Part shown: positions 48,376 through 56,925 of the stretch, in pieces
Layout of the letters: every line of letters begins with the position of its first letter
Position numbering within the stretch: the first letter of the stretch is position 1
Position numbers and translations under genes: made by a program
Origin: Bdellovibrionota bacterium FG-1
GTDB taxonomy: Bacteria; Bdellovibrionota; UBA1018
Assembly (NCBI GenBank): GCA_051382295.1
Contig: JBBCAW010000012.1
Location: 96,001 to 160,000, forward strand
Length of the DNA stretch: 64,000 bases
Direction of reading: 5' to 3'
The notes under the pieces: model-generated
Seen by the model: only the letters and a program-made list of their open reading frames with translations
Database searches by the model: none
Told to the model about the DNA's origin: nothing

Positions 48376-49546
48376 CTCATTCACCTCCTGGGTTTGTGGC
48401 CGGTTCCTAGGTCTCAGCGTCTTATTCATTCTGATAGTTGGCGCTCACTGGGCACTGCTCGCTCACCGCTTTAATATGCCTTTGGCGCAAAGCTACGGAG
48501 AATGGGTCTACGATCAGACTTCGCCCTTCTTGGGGCATCCACCCCTTTCCTGGATAAGATCTACCTTTCTCCCACTGCCTCCGCTGGCGGGAATCTCTGA
48601 ACAACAATTTCAAAATCTCCTGAACGCCCGCACCTCTCCACTGACCCTCCCCGATTCCTCCAGTCGCGGGGACCCACTCATGCCGCAGTTCGCGCTAGAA
48701 ATTCGGTACGCCGAAACCCGCCATCCCGAATTGCTGATTGCCGCGCCGTCGTCCATGACCCTGGATATGCAGGTTCGAATGGTCTCGGTTCCCCATTCAA
48801 TTACCGGCAAACCCTCCGATGAGCGCACGTTGCCCCTCGCGCTCAAGCAGGGCTACGCTCAGTTAAGAATTCCCGACGAAAAAACTATCGGAGAATACTG
48901 GCTTATCCTCACGGAAGCTCCCGTTCAAACGCGCCCCGAGGGACTTGCGCTGCTTCCCCATCTCAGGTCCATGCAGGTACCCAGCGCGTTGATTTCCGAT
49001 TTGCATGGCGAATCGCCAAAAAATAAGCTGATTTTTGCCAGAAAAACTTTTCTTTTCGGTGCGGATAGTGCGGAATTTCGCTCCCAACTGAAAGCCTACT
49101 CGCAAACCCTGGAGGGATCCCAGCAACAGTCCCATGCCTTCGCCCTGGAAAGTCTAAAAATCCTCGGAGAAGCACTCGCGGATCTCAGAAGTTTCGAAAA
49201 CTCTCTTTTCGACCCACTCAAAGCGGACCATCACCTCTCGACTACGGCCAAAGAAAAAGTCCCTGCCTATGTCAAACAACTTCTTGAGCACGTTGCACCT
49301 CTTGAATCACGTCTGACGCAATTAACTGCTCAAAATCCGTTTTTCCAGGACAAGGGCGTTCAACAGCTTTATTCAAGCGCCTTCTCGACCCTCCGTTACG
49401 CTGCTATGGAATTGAATCGGCTCTTGAAAGGACCCTACGACATCGATTCGGGAGAAATCGCACGTCAACGCCGCCTTTGCATCGAGGCCGAACTGGCACA
49501 AAACCGCCTGAGACTTAAGTTCCTTTACGTTTCAGCCAAGCCTTGA
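48353..49546 (+). CDS. Hypothetical membrane-anchored protein
   Basis: Start placed at ATG 48353 overlapping the adhesin stop; N-terminal TM FLGLSVLFILIVGAHWALL, beta-rich middle, helical C-terminus. Confidence 0.55.
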   Translation: MLIRPYIDSFTSWVCGRFLGLSVLFILIVGAHWALLAHRFNMPLAQSYGEWVYDQTSPFLGHPPLSWIRSTFLPLPPLAGISEQQFQNLLNARTSPLTLPDSSSRGDPLMPQFALEIRYAETRHPELLIAAPSSMTLDMQVRMVSVPHSITGKPSDERTLPLALKQGYAQLRIPDEKTIGEYWLILTEAPVQTRPEGLALLPHLRSMQVPSALISDLHGESPKNKLIFARKTFLFGADSAEFRSQLKAYSQTLEGSQQQSHAFALESLKILGEALADLRSFENSLFDPLKADHHLSTTAKEKVPAYVKQLLEHVAPLESRLTQLTAQNPFFQDKGVQQLYSSAFSTLRYAAMELNRLLKGPYDIDSGEIARQRRLCIEAELAQNRLRLKFLYVSAKP

Positions 49547-50210
49547 ACTCAGCGTTTAAATCTTGAATTCCGCAAAGGGTGGGTAAATAAGATTCGAGCT
49601 TCTTTCCCACTGAAAGTTGCAAGAGATCCTGGGGCGGGCAATGAGTCGCTAGCATTTCCATGAGTGCTTGCGATGCTTGGTAGTGGTAGCGCGCGCCTCC
49701 CCGCGCCCCCTCAGTGCTGACTGGCCGGGCTTCCGCAAAAGGATGCGCCAAGCTGTAAACATCACGGGTGGGTTGTGAGGCCAGCCACGCGTAATCGACC
49801 TTGCCATGTTTGGAAAGGTAATTGGCCAAACCTTCCTCGAGCCACCGAGGGATCGCATTTTTGTATTTTTGTCGCAAAATCACATGAACGAGCTCATGGC
49901 CAAAGACGCTCTCAAAATTCGACTCCACCACCCGAGGCCCCAAGTGCACCGAGGTGTCGGTCCCCCGAGTGAAGGCGAGGACGGAGTCATCAAAACCGTG
50001 GAGTTTTCGAAACTCTTCCTGATTTTCATGGTACTGGACTTGGATTTTACGGATGTCCCATTCCAATTTGGCATCCATCGCGTCGACCACGCGTTGGGCA
50101 GTCGATGGTTTGAGCCACTTCGGGGCGTTGTCAAAGTGGGCTTCGTTGAGATCGAACGCGTGAGAGTGGCTACAAAACAGACAACCAAGGATAAAAAGTA
50201 AGAAGTTCAT
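49515..50210 (-). CDS. Secreted zinc metallopeptidase (peptidase MA-like)
   Basis: Signal peptide (SHA-F); GHELVHV (HExxH), PRWLEEGLA. Confidence 0.75.
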   Translation of the reverse strand: MNFLLFILGCLFCSHSHAFDLNEAHFDNAPKWLKPSTAQRVVDAMDAKLEWDIRKIQVQYHENQEEFRKLHGFDDSVLAFTRGTDTSVHLGPRVVESNFESVFGHELVHVILRQKYKNAIPRWLEEGLANYLSKHGKVDYAWLASQPTRDVYSLAHPFAEARPVSTEGARGGARYHYQASQALMEMLATHCPPQDLLQLSVGKKLESYLPTLCGIQDLNAEFKAWLKRKGT

Positions 50211-51298
50211 TTCCCAAATTTTTCGTAATTTTGCACAAGAGTGTCAAGGCGTTGAATGACCGCCTCGACTGTTTTGTCCAAAGAGGCGGTGAGCGCAAAG
50301 CCGGCCGCAAAATCGTGGCCCCCGCCTCCGAGTTCCATAGCCACTCGATTAATGACCACTTTTCCCTTGGATTTAATCGAAACTCGGACTTGCATGTCAT
50401 CTTCTTCGCGAAAAAAACACACCACCTCAGCGTCCTTGAGTAAGAGCAGGAGATTCAAAAAAGACTGGGTGTCATCGGCGGAGGCGCTATGCTTTTTTCG
50501 AAGTTCGAGGGGCATCTCCAGCCAGGCGATTTTGCCACCACCGGGAGTCACCTTGACGTTTTGAAGCATGTTTCCGAGAAGCTGAAGATGGGAGAGTTCC
50601 TTGGACGAGTAGATGGCTTGATAGACCTCTTCAGGGTTAACGCCATGCTCGATCATCTCAGCCGCGATTAAATGAGCTTTGGGCGTTGTTCGCGCATACC
50701 TAAAGCTGTTGGTATCGGTCATGACTGAGACGTACAAGCCGAGCGCTACGTCCTTGTTCATTTTGGTCAGTTTGAGTTCTGCAAAAAGACGATGCAGGAG
50801 CTCACCAATGCTGCTGGATTCGGTGTCCGAGACGACGGTCGCGTGAGGGGGGTAGGTAATGGTGTCTTGGCCGGAAATATTGGGGTGGTGGTCTAAAAAG
50901 ACGATCTTCTTTGCGCGTAAAGAAAGCTCGCCCCAAAGTTTTCCGAGTCTGCGAGGGTCATTGGTATCGACGATGATCCAAAGATCACAAGTATCCCAAA
51001 GTTCCACCTCGCCCGGTCCGAGGAGGATGGTTTGCTTCGGATCTAAGAAACGATATCGCTTTGGGAGCAAGTCGGGGTTGTAGACTCGGCATGCTTTGCG
51101 TGCGCGTTTCATGTAATGAACAAGCGCCGCCTCCGCGCCGAGCCCATCGCCATCGGGAAGCGCATGCGTCGAAATTAACACACGCTTGGCCTGTTCCAGG
51201 TTCTTTTTAAAATCTTGAAAATTCGTATTTTTCGAGAGTTCGTCTTCTTTGTTTTTCGTGCTCAAGCTCGACACCATCCGTTCCGAAGAATCCTTCAT
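50207..51298 (-). CDS. nrnA: DHH/DHHA1 oligoribonuclease / PAP phosphatase
   Basis: THALPDGDGLG, IVDT, LDHH, TDTNSFRY, GGGGH..AAG; true start may be further downstream (51277 or 51265). Confidence 0.88.
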   Translation of the reverse strand: MKDSSERMVSSLSTKNKEDELSKNTNFQDFKKNLEQAKRVLISTHALPDGDGLGAEAALVHYMKRARKACRVYNPDLLPKRYRFLDPKQTILLGPGEVELWDTCDLWIIVDTNDPRRLGKLWGELSLRAKKIVFLDHHPNISGQDTITYPPHATVVSDTESSSIGELLHRLFAELKLTKMNKDVALGLYVSVMTDTNSFRYARTTPKAHLIAAEMIEHGVNPEEVYQAIYSSKELSHLQLLGNMLQNVKVTPGGGKIAWLEMPLELRKKHSASADDTQSFLNLLLLLKDAEVVCFFREEDDMQVRVSIKSKGKVVINRVAMELGGGGHDFAAGFALTASLDKTVEAVIQRLDTLVQNYEKFGK

Positions 51299-51626
51299 GA
51301 GAACTGATTTGGATCCGCTCTATGTCATCTTCGAACAACATCTTTATAACTTCCAGGAATCAGATGCGGATCGAAGAACCTTTATAGGTAATATTATTAA
51401 CGATTATCTCACTTATTTGCGCAAAATGAACATCGCGATTCCGAAATCTTTAGAATCCTCGATCGTTGAAGAATTGGCGGGCCAAGTAAACTCGATGCTC
51501 GTTAAAAAGATCTATGGATGTCTGAGTATTGACGATTACCGCAAGGGGGCGCCCGCCCCCGTCAAAAAGAAGGCGCGCTCGAGGTATACGAGGTTGGCTA
51601 AGACTAAGGCGCGTAAAGTGAGTTAG
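51297..51626 (+). CDS. Hypothetical small protein with basic tail
   Basis: MRTDLDPLYVIFEQHL..MLVKKIYG; coding-like, divergent from nrnA. Confidence 0.65.
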   Translation: MRTDLDPLYVIFEQHLYNFQESDADRRTFIGNIINDYLTYLRKMNIAIPKSLESSIVEELAGQVNSMLVKKIYGCLSIDDYRKGAPAPVKKKARSRYTRLAKTKARKVS

Positions 51627-51840
51627 TTGTTTTTGGTTTCCCTGAATTTCTATTTGACATGATTTTTGCCGCTAAATTTTGAGCGGGGTGTCGGTGACTT
51701 TTAAAACCCCATAAAACGGCCGTAAATCGGCCAAAAACAGGAAAAGCTATCTCATTTTCAAATAAAACCCTCCCTGGGTGGCGCAAATCGATCCTTGCGA
51801 CAAAATTAGGCCCCCTAAAACCCGTGATACACGGAGTTTT

Positions 51841-52869
51841 ATGAAGAATCTTAATTCCGATCTCAAAAACATTTCCGCTAATGAACTCCTGAGTCGCACC
51901 AAAAATCTCGTAGCAGAAGAACGTCGGCTCACGGTTTTACTCATTTCGCACCTCGAAGAAATCCAGACGCGCAGACTTTATGCCGCGCAAGGCTTTAGCT
52001 CGATGTGGGAATTCTGCACTCGGTTTTTGGGCTTAAGCGAAGGAGCCGCGCAACGCCGACTTGCGGCGATGAGACTCGCGCACGACGCGCCGGAGGCGAA
52101 GGCTGCGCTCGAATCAGGGGCGCTTTCGCTCAGTAATGCGGCAAAAATCCATTCGTTTCGGCAAAATCAGAAAAAACAGGGTAAAAGCCCCATGCCGGCG
52201 CGGGAGCTCATCGAGCAAGTTGAATCCATGTCTCAGCGAGAGTGCGAGGCCAAACTTCATGAAATTGCGCCCGACGCCTTGCCGTTCGAACGCGAGCGGA
52301 TTGTTTCGGCTCAGAAAGACCATGAACTCAAAATCGTCATCTCAGACGAAGTTTATCAGAATCTGCAGCTCATCAAGGGACTCCTCGCGCACGCCAAACC
52401 CAATGCAACCCTGGGGGAATTACTTGAATACCTGGTGAACGAAACTCTGCCGCGCCTTGAAAAAAAGAAGGGTATGGTGACCATGCAACCCGAGGCGCAA
52501 ACCACCGCCGCAGCGATAGTGCCGACCCCCGCTGCGCCAGCGAAAGCGCTTCCGGCAGGAAAACGGGTTTATTTGCCGATCAAGCTTCGGCGTGAAGTTT
52601 TTTCGCGTGCGCAAGGACAGTGTGAATATATCTATCAAGGTCGCCGGTGCACCTCTCGGTTTGCACTTGAACTCGACCATCGAACCCCTATTGCTCTTGG
52701 TGGAACCAATGATCGAGATAACCTCAGGGCTCTCTGCAAATGCCATAACCTGCAGCAAGCGCAGGAAAAATTGGGGGAATTGTGTAGCCCGGTCAAGGGT
52801 TTGAGTATCGATACCGATGGAAAATTTTCTATTTCCGCCCCGAGTTCACCGATGAGCTTGCGCCTTTGA
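51841..52869 (+). CDS. HNH endonuclease, intact paralog of 35440..36383
   Basis: LVAEERR..HLEEI..RRLY..GFSSMWEFC..LGLSEGAAQRR; C-terminal CEY..RC..ELDH..P..GG.N..NLR.LC..HN. Confidence 0.88.
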   Translation: MKNLNSDLKNISANELLSRTKNLVAEERRLTVLLISHLEEIQTRRLYAAQGFSSMWEFCTRFLGLSEGAAQRRLAAMRLAHDAPEAKAALESGALSLSNAAKIHSFRQNQKKQGKSPMPARELIEQVESMSQRECEAKLHEIAPDALPFERERIVSAQKDHELKIVISDEVYQNLQLIKGLLAHAKPNATLGELLEYLVNETLPRLEKKKGMVTMQPEAQTTAAAIVPTPAAPAKALPAGKRVYLPIKLRREVFSRAQGQCEYIYQGRRCTSRFALELDHRTPIALGGTNDRDNLRALCKCHNLQQAQEKLGELCSPVKGLSIDTDGKFSISAPSSPMSLRL

Positions 52870-53066
52870 CCCTCGCGCGAAAGGCCGACCCCGACCTGTG
52901 TTACTGAAGGCTTCTATTGTTTTAAGAAAGGTGTGGATTTTAGTTGGGGCTGATATGTGATTGTTAATATATGAAAAATAAAACAAATAAAGACAGTAAA
53001 TTCACTCACTAGTAATGGAGTGTTTGTTTTAATAAACATAAATGATACCATAACGGAAGAGGTTTT

Positions 53067-53372
53067 ATGAACTACGACAATGATTTGGTTGAGGTAAATT
53101 TTACGTTGAATGGCAGAACCATTAGTTATGTCATTTTGCCTGAGCGGGAGATTTTAAAAACACCATTCAGACGGGAACCTGTTGCGATAGCGATTAAGAA
53201 TGCCCTCGATGATAGTTTCATTGAACCAAAAGATTCTGCCAAAGAAGAAGGGGATATCGACGTTTATGGGGTGATTATAGGAGTAAACGGACAAAAAATT
53301 GACATTACATTTACGTTACATTTCGATCTAGTTCATGGGGTTTTCAACGTGAAAGAAATTAGGATGGTGTGA
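53067..53372 (+). CDS. Small acidic hypothetical protein (putative toxin-like partner)
   Basis: 101 aa, AT-rich, SD GAGG, GTGA overlap with the downstream HTH gene. Confidence 0.6.
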   Translation: MNYDNDLVEVNFTLNGRTISYVILPEREILKTPFRREPVAIAIKNALDDSFIEPKDSAKEEGDIDVYGVIIGVNGQKIDITFTLHFDLVHGVFNVKEIRMV

Positions 53373-53743
53373 TCATGACAAAGCGATCTAAGGAGCTCCT
53401 GGCAAGCCTAGAGAAGACAGAAACCCCTGGGTTTAAGAAGAGACTTCAAAAAATGAATGAAAATGGCGCAGAATCGGTCAATATGGTTAAATCGGACGAC
53501 ACCGTAGGGCGTATTAAATTTTATATTTGCGGTGCGCTGACAAAGATAAAAGTTGAAGCTAAGCTTTCTAATGAACAATTTTCGTCTTGTCTTGGCATTA
53601 CTCCGGCGCAGGGATCTCTCATCACGCACAGAAAAATTGAAAAGATGTCCTTGGATTTTCTTGTCGAAGTAGCGGCGAGGTCTGGCGCACAACATCCATC
53701 AATCCGCTTCGCGGTCGAAAGACTGAGTCTTTCTTTTGCCTAG
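53369..53743 (+). CDS. XRE-type HTH protein (putative antitoxin/regulator)
   Basis: KLSNEQFSSCLGITPAQGSLITHRKIEKMSLDFLV resembles the XRE/HTH_37 pattern. Confidence 0.65.
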   Translation: MIMTKRSKELLASLEKTETPGFKKRLQKMNENGAESVNMVKSDDTVGRIKFYICGALTKIKVEAKLSNEQFSSCLGITPAQGSLITHRKIEKMSLDFLVEVAARSGAQHPSIRFAVERLSLSFA

Positions 53744-53910
53744 GTGTTGCCTACGCCTAAGAGCCTATCTCCGGTGGCCTGCCTAAAAGCCCCTGGTAAG
53801 CATCAGGTTTCCAGACGTTTTTAGACACGTCGTCGGGGACCAGCAATGTTCGGATAGGAATCAGTCCCACGGTCCTGGTTGTTCCACCCCCCCGGACATT
53901 CTGTCTGCTT

Positions 53911-54045
53911 CGGTGCAATGTGCCTCGGTGCAGTGTGCCTCGGTGCAGTGTGCCTTGGTGCAGTGTGCCTCGGTGCAGTGTGCCTTGGTGCAGTGTGCCT
54001 TGGTGCAGTGTGCCTTGGTGCAGTGTGCCTTGGTGCAGTGTGCCG
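53911..54045. repeat. Intergenic tandem repeat, 9 x 15 bp (YGGTGCAGTGTGCCT)
   Basis: Nine contiguous units counted; first has A for G at position 8, last ends in G and runs into an inverted half-unit CCGAGGCAC. Confidence 0.95.
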
Positions 54046-54162
54046 AGGCACCGTGTCCCCGGTTCCCACATGAAGAAATCTCCGCTGAAGGGGGAGGGGA
54101 TCCGCGCGCGCAGGATGCGCGTTTTTAGCGCGGAGGCCTAGGATGGCCGACCCCGACCCCCT

Positions 54163-55038
54163 TTAGCGAGATTTCTTGCGCATATGGCGAATCATCATCG
54201 CCGCGATATTCAGCCCCGTGGCTTTTTCGATTCCCTCAAACCCGGGCGAACTGTTCACTTCCAAAATGAGTGGTCCCTCGTGACTTTCCATGAGGTCGAC
54301 CCCGGCGATTTCTAATCCTAAAATTTTTGCGGCACGTATAGCGGCTTTTTCGTATTCTTTATTGAGTCGCACTAAACTGCCTTCGCCGCCCCGGTGAATG
54401 TTAGATCTGAACTCGCCTTCAGGTGCCGTGCGCATCATCGCGGCGACCACCTTGTCGCCAATCACGAAAGCGCGGTAATCACGGCCAGCGGCTTCGGAGA
54501 TAAATCGTTGAATCATCACTTCCTGCTCAAGCCCGTGGAGCGTATCGAGCACCGAGCCGAGCGATACCGGGGTATGCACGAGCATCACCCCCACGCCTTG
54601 GGTGCCTTCGAGAACTTTTAACACGACAGGCATTCCGTTGACCGCTTCGACCGCAGCTCTCAGTCCTCGTGCGCTGCGACTGAGGACCGTGGCGGGAACC
54701 AAAAGTCGCGCACGAGTCAGGATCTGAAGGCAGGTCATCTTATCGCGCGAATTTCCGATGGCTTCACAGCTATTGACCGTGTACATGCCCAGGACTTCGA
54801 ATTGCTTGACCACCGCCAACCCGTAGGTCGTGATGGAAGCCCCGATTCTGGGTAAAACCGCATCGAAATGCGGAATGGCCCTGCCATTGACCATGATTCG
54901 AGTGCGCTTGCCATCCACCACCACTTGGCATTCCAAAGGGTTGATGATATCGCACCGGACGCGAGCCTTTCGGGCCTCCCGTAGAAGGCGACGAATACTA
55001 TGGAGGTTTTTATTGCGCGAAAGGATCGCGATGCGCAT
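54163..55038 (-). CDS. rimK: RimK-family alpha-L-glutamate ligase (ATP-grasp)
   Basis: MRIAILSRN..LHS.RRL, DAVLPRIGASIT.YG.AV, GTQGVGV, EFRSNIHRGG, EVNSSPG.EGIE. Confidence 0.9.
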   Translation of the reverse strand: MRIAILSRNKNLHSIRRLLREARKARVRCDIINPLECQVVVDGKRTRIMVNGRAIPHFDAVLPRIGASITTYGLAVVKQFEVLGMYTVNSCEAIGNSRDKMTCLQILTRARLLVPATVLSRSARGLRAAVEAVNGMPVVLKVLEGTQGVGVMLVHTPVSLGSVLDTLHGLEQEVMIQRFISEAAGRDYRAFVIGDKVVAAMMRTAPEGEFRSNIHRGGEGSLVRLNKEYEKAAIRAAKILGLEIAGVDLMESHEGPLILEVNSSPGFEGIEKATGLNIAAMMIRHMRKKSR

Positions 55039-55046
55039 CACTCAGC

Positions 55047-55367
55047 TTACTCAGTTTGGCTGGGTTCGCGAACCTTTTGCTTGTGATCGACGACGATTTC
55101 CTTGTGTTTTCGAATCTGTTTTTCAATCTTGTCGATCGCAAGATCAATCGCTTCGTGGAAATCTTCTGAACTCGTCTCGCCGAAATAATCCATTTGATTG
55201 CCGAGCAGATGGCAATGAACGATTCGGTTGTGCTTTTCTTGGCCAAGACTCCATGTGACGTGGATCTTTCCGTTAAAAAATTTTTTCAATCGTTCGGACT
55301 TGGTCGTGCAGTACTCGCGTAGTGAATCGCTCGCGTCTATATGCTTGAAGTTAAAGTTTAGGTTCAT
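55047..55367 (-). CDS. hpf: Ribosome hibernation promoting factor (short form)
   Basis: FKHIDASDSLREY..K..RL.K.F, DFHEAIDLAIDKIEKQIRKHKE; directly after rpoN. Confidence 0.9.
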   Translation of the reverse strand: MNLNFNFKHIDASDSLREYCTTKSERLKKFFNGKIHVTWSLGQEKHNRIVHCHLLGNQMDYFGETSSEDFHEAIDLAIDKIEKQIRKHKEIVVDHKQKVREPSQTE

Positions 55368-55397
55368 GCGAAGCCCCTCTCTCTCTTTCTGTTGAAT

Positions 55398-56897
55398 TTA
55401 GATGATTTTTTTGCGTTTTCCTGAAGATAGAATTCCGAGCATGTCCCGATATTTAGCCACCGTACGGCGGGCGATATCGATATTATCCGTTTTTAGAAGT
55501 TCGACTATTTTTTGGTCTGAAAGCGGATTTTTCTGATCCTCTTTGGAGATCATCTGGCGAATCTTCTCTTTGACCGCCTCGCTGGCGAGCGAATCTCCAC
55601 CATCAGCAGCGTTGATACTGGAATTGAAAAAATATTTGAGCTCAAAGATCCCTACCGGTGTGTGAACGAACTTATTGGTCGTAACACGTGAAATCGTCGA
55701 TTCGTGCATGCCGATATCGTTGGCGACGTCTTTGAGAATCATCGGCTTGAGCTGTTGGACGCCTTTTTCGAAAAAATCTCGCTGCCGCTTCACAATCGCG
55801 TCAGTCACTTTGTAGATTGTTTTCTGTCGATTATGGATCGACCGAATCAGCCAGACAGCCGAGCGGAGCTTGTCTTGAACATATTCTTTGGTGACTTTGT
55901 TTTTTTCTTTATCAGCGCCGCCTTGTGCTGCTGCTAGGATGTTTTTGTAATAGGGCGAAATGCGTAATTTTGGCATCCCATCTTCGTTGAGCACAATGAC
56001 AAACTCGTCCGCCACTTTGTACACGTAAATATCCGGGCTAATGTACTGCGTATCGCTTGAGTGAAAAGAGCGTCCTGGCTTGGGCTCAAACTCTAAAATG
56101 AGTCGCGTAGCGTCGATGATTTTATCCAGGGGCTGGTTCAGAGCCTTGGCGATGACCTGATAATTTTTGCGCTCTAGGTCAGGCAAGTGGTGGGCAATCA
56201 TCTGCTCAACCAGCGGTTGCCGAGGCATCATAAAACGAGCTTGAATCGCTAGGCATTCCTGCAAATTGCGCGAGGCGACTCCCAGGGGATCGAAATTTTG
56301 CACGATCTTCAGGACTTCTTCGGCATCCTCGAGTTCCATCCCCACTTCTTTGGAGATCTCAGCAAGATCTGCGTTAAAGTACCCATCGTCTGATAAGTTA
56401 CCAATAATGAGCTCCCCGAGTTTTCTTTCTTGGTCGGTGAGCTGGCCCATCGATAATTGCCAGGCGAGGTGGTCTTCAAGTGAGGTCGTTTTGGTGAGGA
56501 TGTTTTCAAAGGTCGGAAGTTCTTCGTTGATCTCCCTCATGGAGGGCGCAGAGCTTGAGGATGAATTAAAATCCTCAACATAGGATTCCCAATTAAAATC
56601 ATCCTTGCCTGCAACGATCTGCTCTTCTTGGGGCTGAGGCTTTTCAAAGGACTGTTCATCTCGAATTTGGGCGGCTTCGGGGTCGACATCGGGACTATCT
56701 TCGCCGGGTGCAGCTGTGAGTTCGCCTTCAGGAGTGTCCGCAATCTCTTCCAGAATGGGATTCTCCATCATTTCTTGGGTAACGACTTCTTGGAGCTCCA
56801 TGCGATTGAGCTGGAGAAGCTTAATTGCCTGTTGGAGCTGGGGGGTCATCACCAGCTGCTGACTTAGTCTTAAACTCTGTTTGATTTCCAATGCCAT
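55398..56897 (-). CDS. rpoN: RNA polymerase sigma-54 factor
   Basis: LVMTPQLQQAIKLLQL, HESTISRVT, ELKYFF, RpoN box ARRTVAKYR. Confidence 0.98.
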   Translation of the reverse strand: MALEIKQSLRLSQQLVMTPQLQQAIKLLQLNRMELQEVVTQEMMENPILEEIADTPEGELTAAPGEDSPDVDPEAAQIRDEQSFEKPQPQEEQIVAGKDDFNWESYVEDFNSSSSSAPSMREINEELPTFENILTKTTSLEDHLAWQLSMGQLTDQERKLGELIIGNLSDDGYFNADLAEISKEVGMELEDAEEVLKIVQNFDPLGVASRNLQECLAIQARFMMPRQPLVEQMIAHHLPDLERKNYQVIAKALNQPLDKIIDATRLILEFEPKPGRSFHSSDTQYISPDIYVYKVADEFVIVLNEDGMPKLRISPYYKNILAAAQGGADKEKNKVTKEYVQDKLRSAVWLIRSIHNRQKTIYKVTDAIVKRQRDFFEKGVQQLKPMILKDVANDIGMHESTISRVTTNKFVHTPVGIFELKYFFNSSINAADGGDSLASEAVKEKIRQMISKEDQKNPLSDQKIVELLKTDNIDIARRTVAKYRDMLGILSSGKRKKII

Positions 56898-56925
56898 GAT
56901 GGAGTTGATGTACTTTCTGCTGTAA

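Larger units (their letters stand above)
52883..54158. repeat. 14-bp direct repeats GGCCGACCCCGACC (52883-52896 and 54145-54158) bracketing an accessory cassette
   Basis: Exact match read at both positions, 13 nt after the HNH stop and 4 nt from the rimK stop. Confidence 0.8.

Noticed and set aside
35440..52869. Composite transposon bounded by the two HNH genes
   Set aside because: Copies are highly diverged, no terminal inverted repeats or target duplication were seen, and the interval includes housekeeping nrnA.
53911..54045. CRISPR array
   Set aside because: 15-bp units are contiguous with no unique spacers, and there are no cas genes.
53757..54141. Pentapeptide-repeat ORFs (GTLHQ, RHTAP, CLGAV, VQCAL, CSVPW)
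   Set aside because: Five of the six frames give ORFs only because the 15-bp unit lacks stop codons; no SD or other coding evidence.
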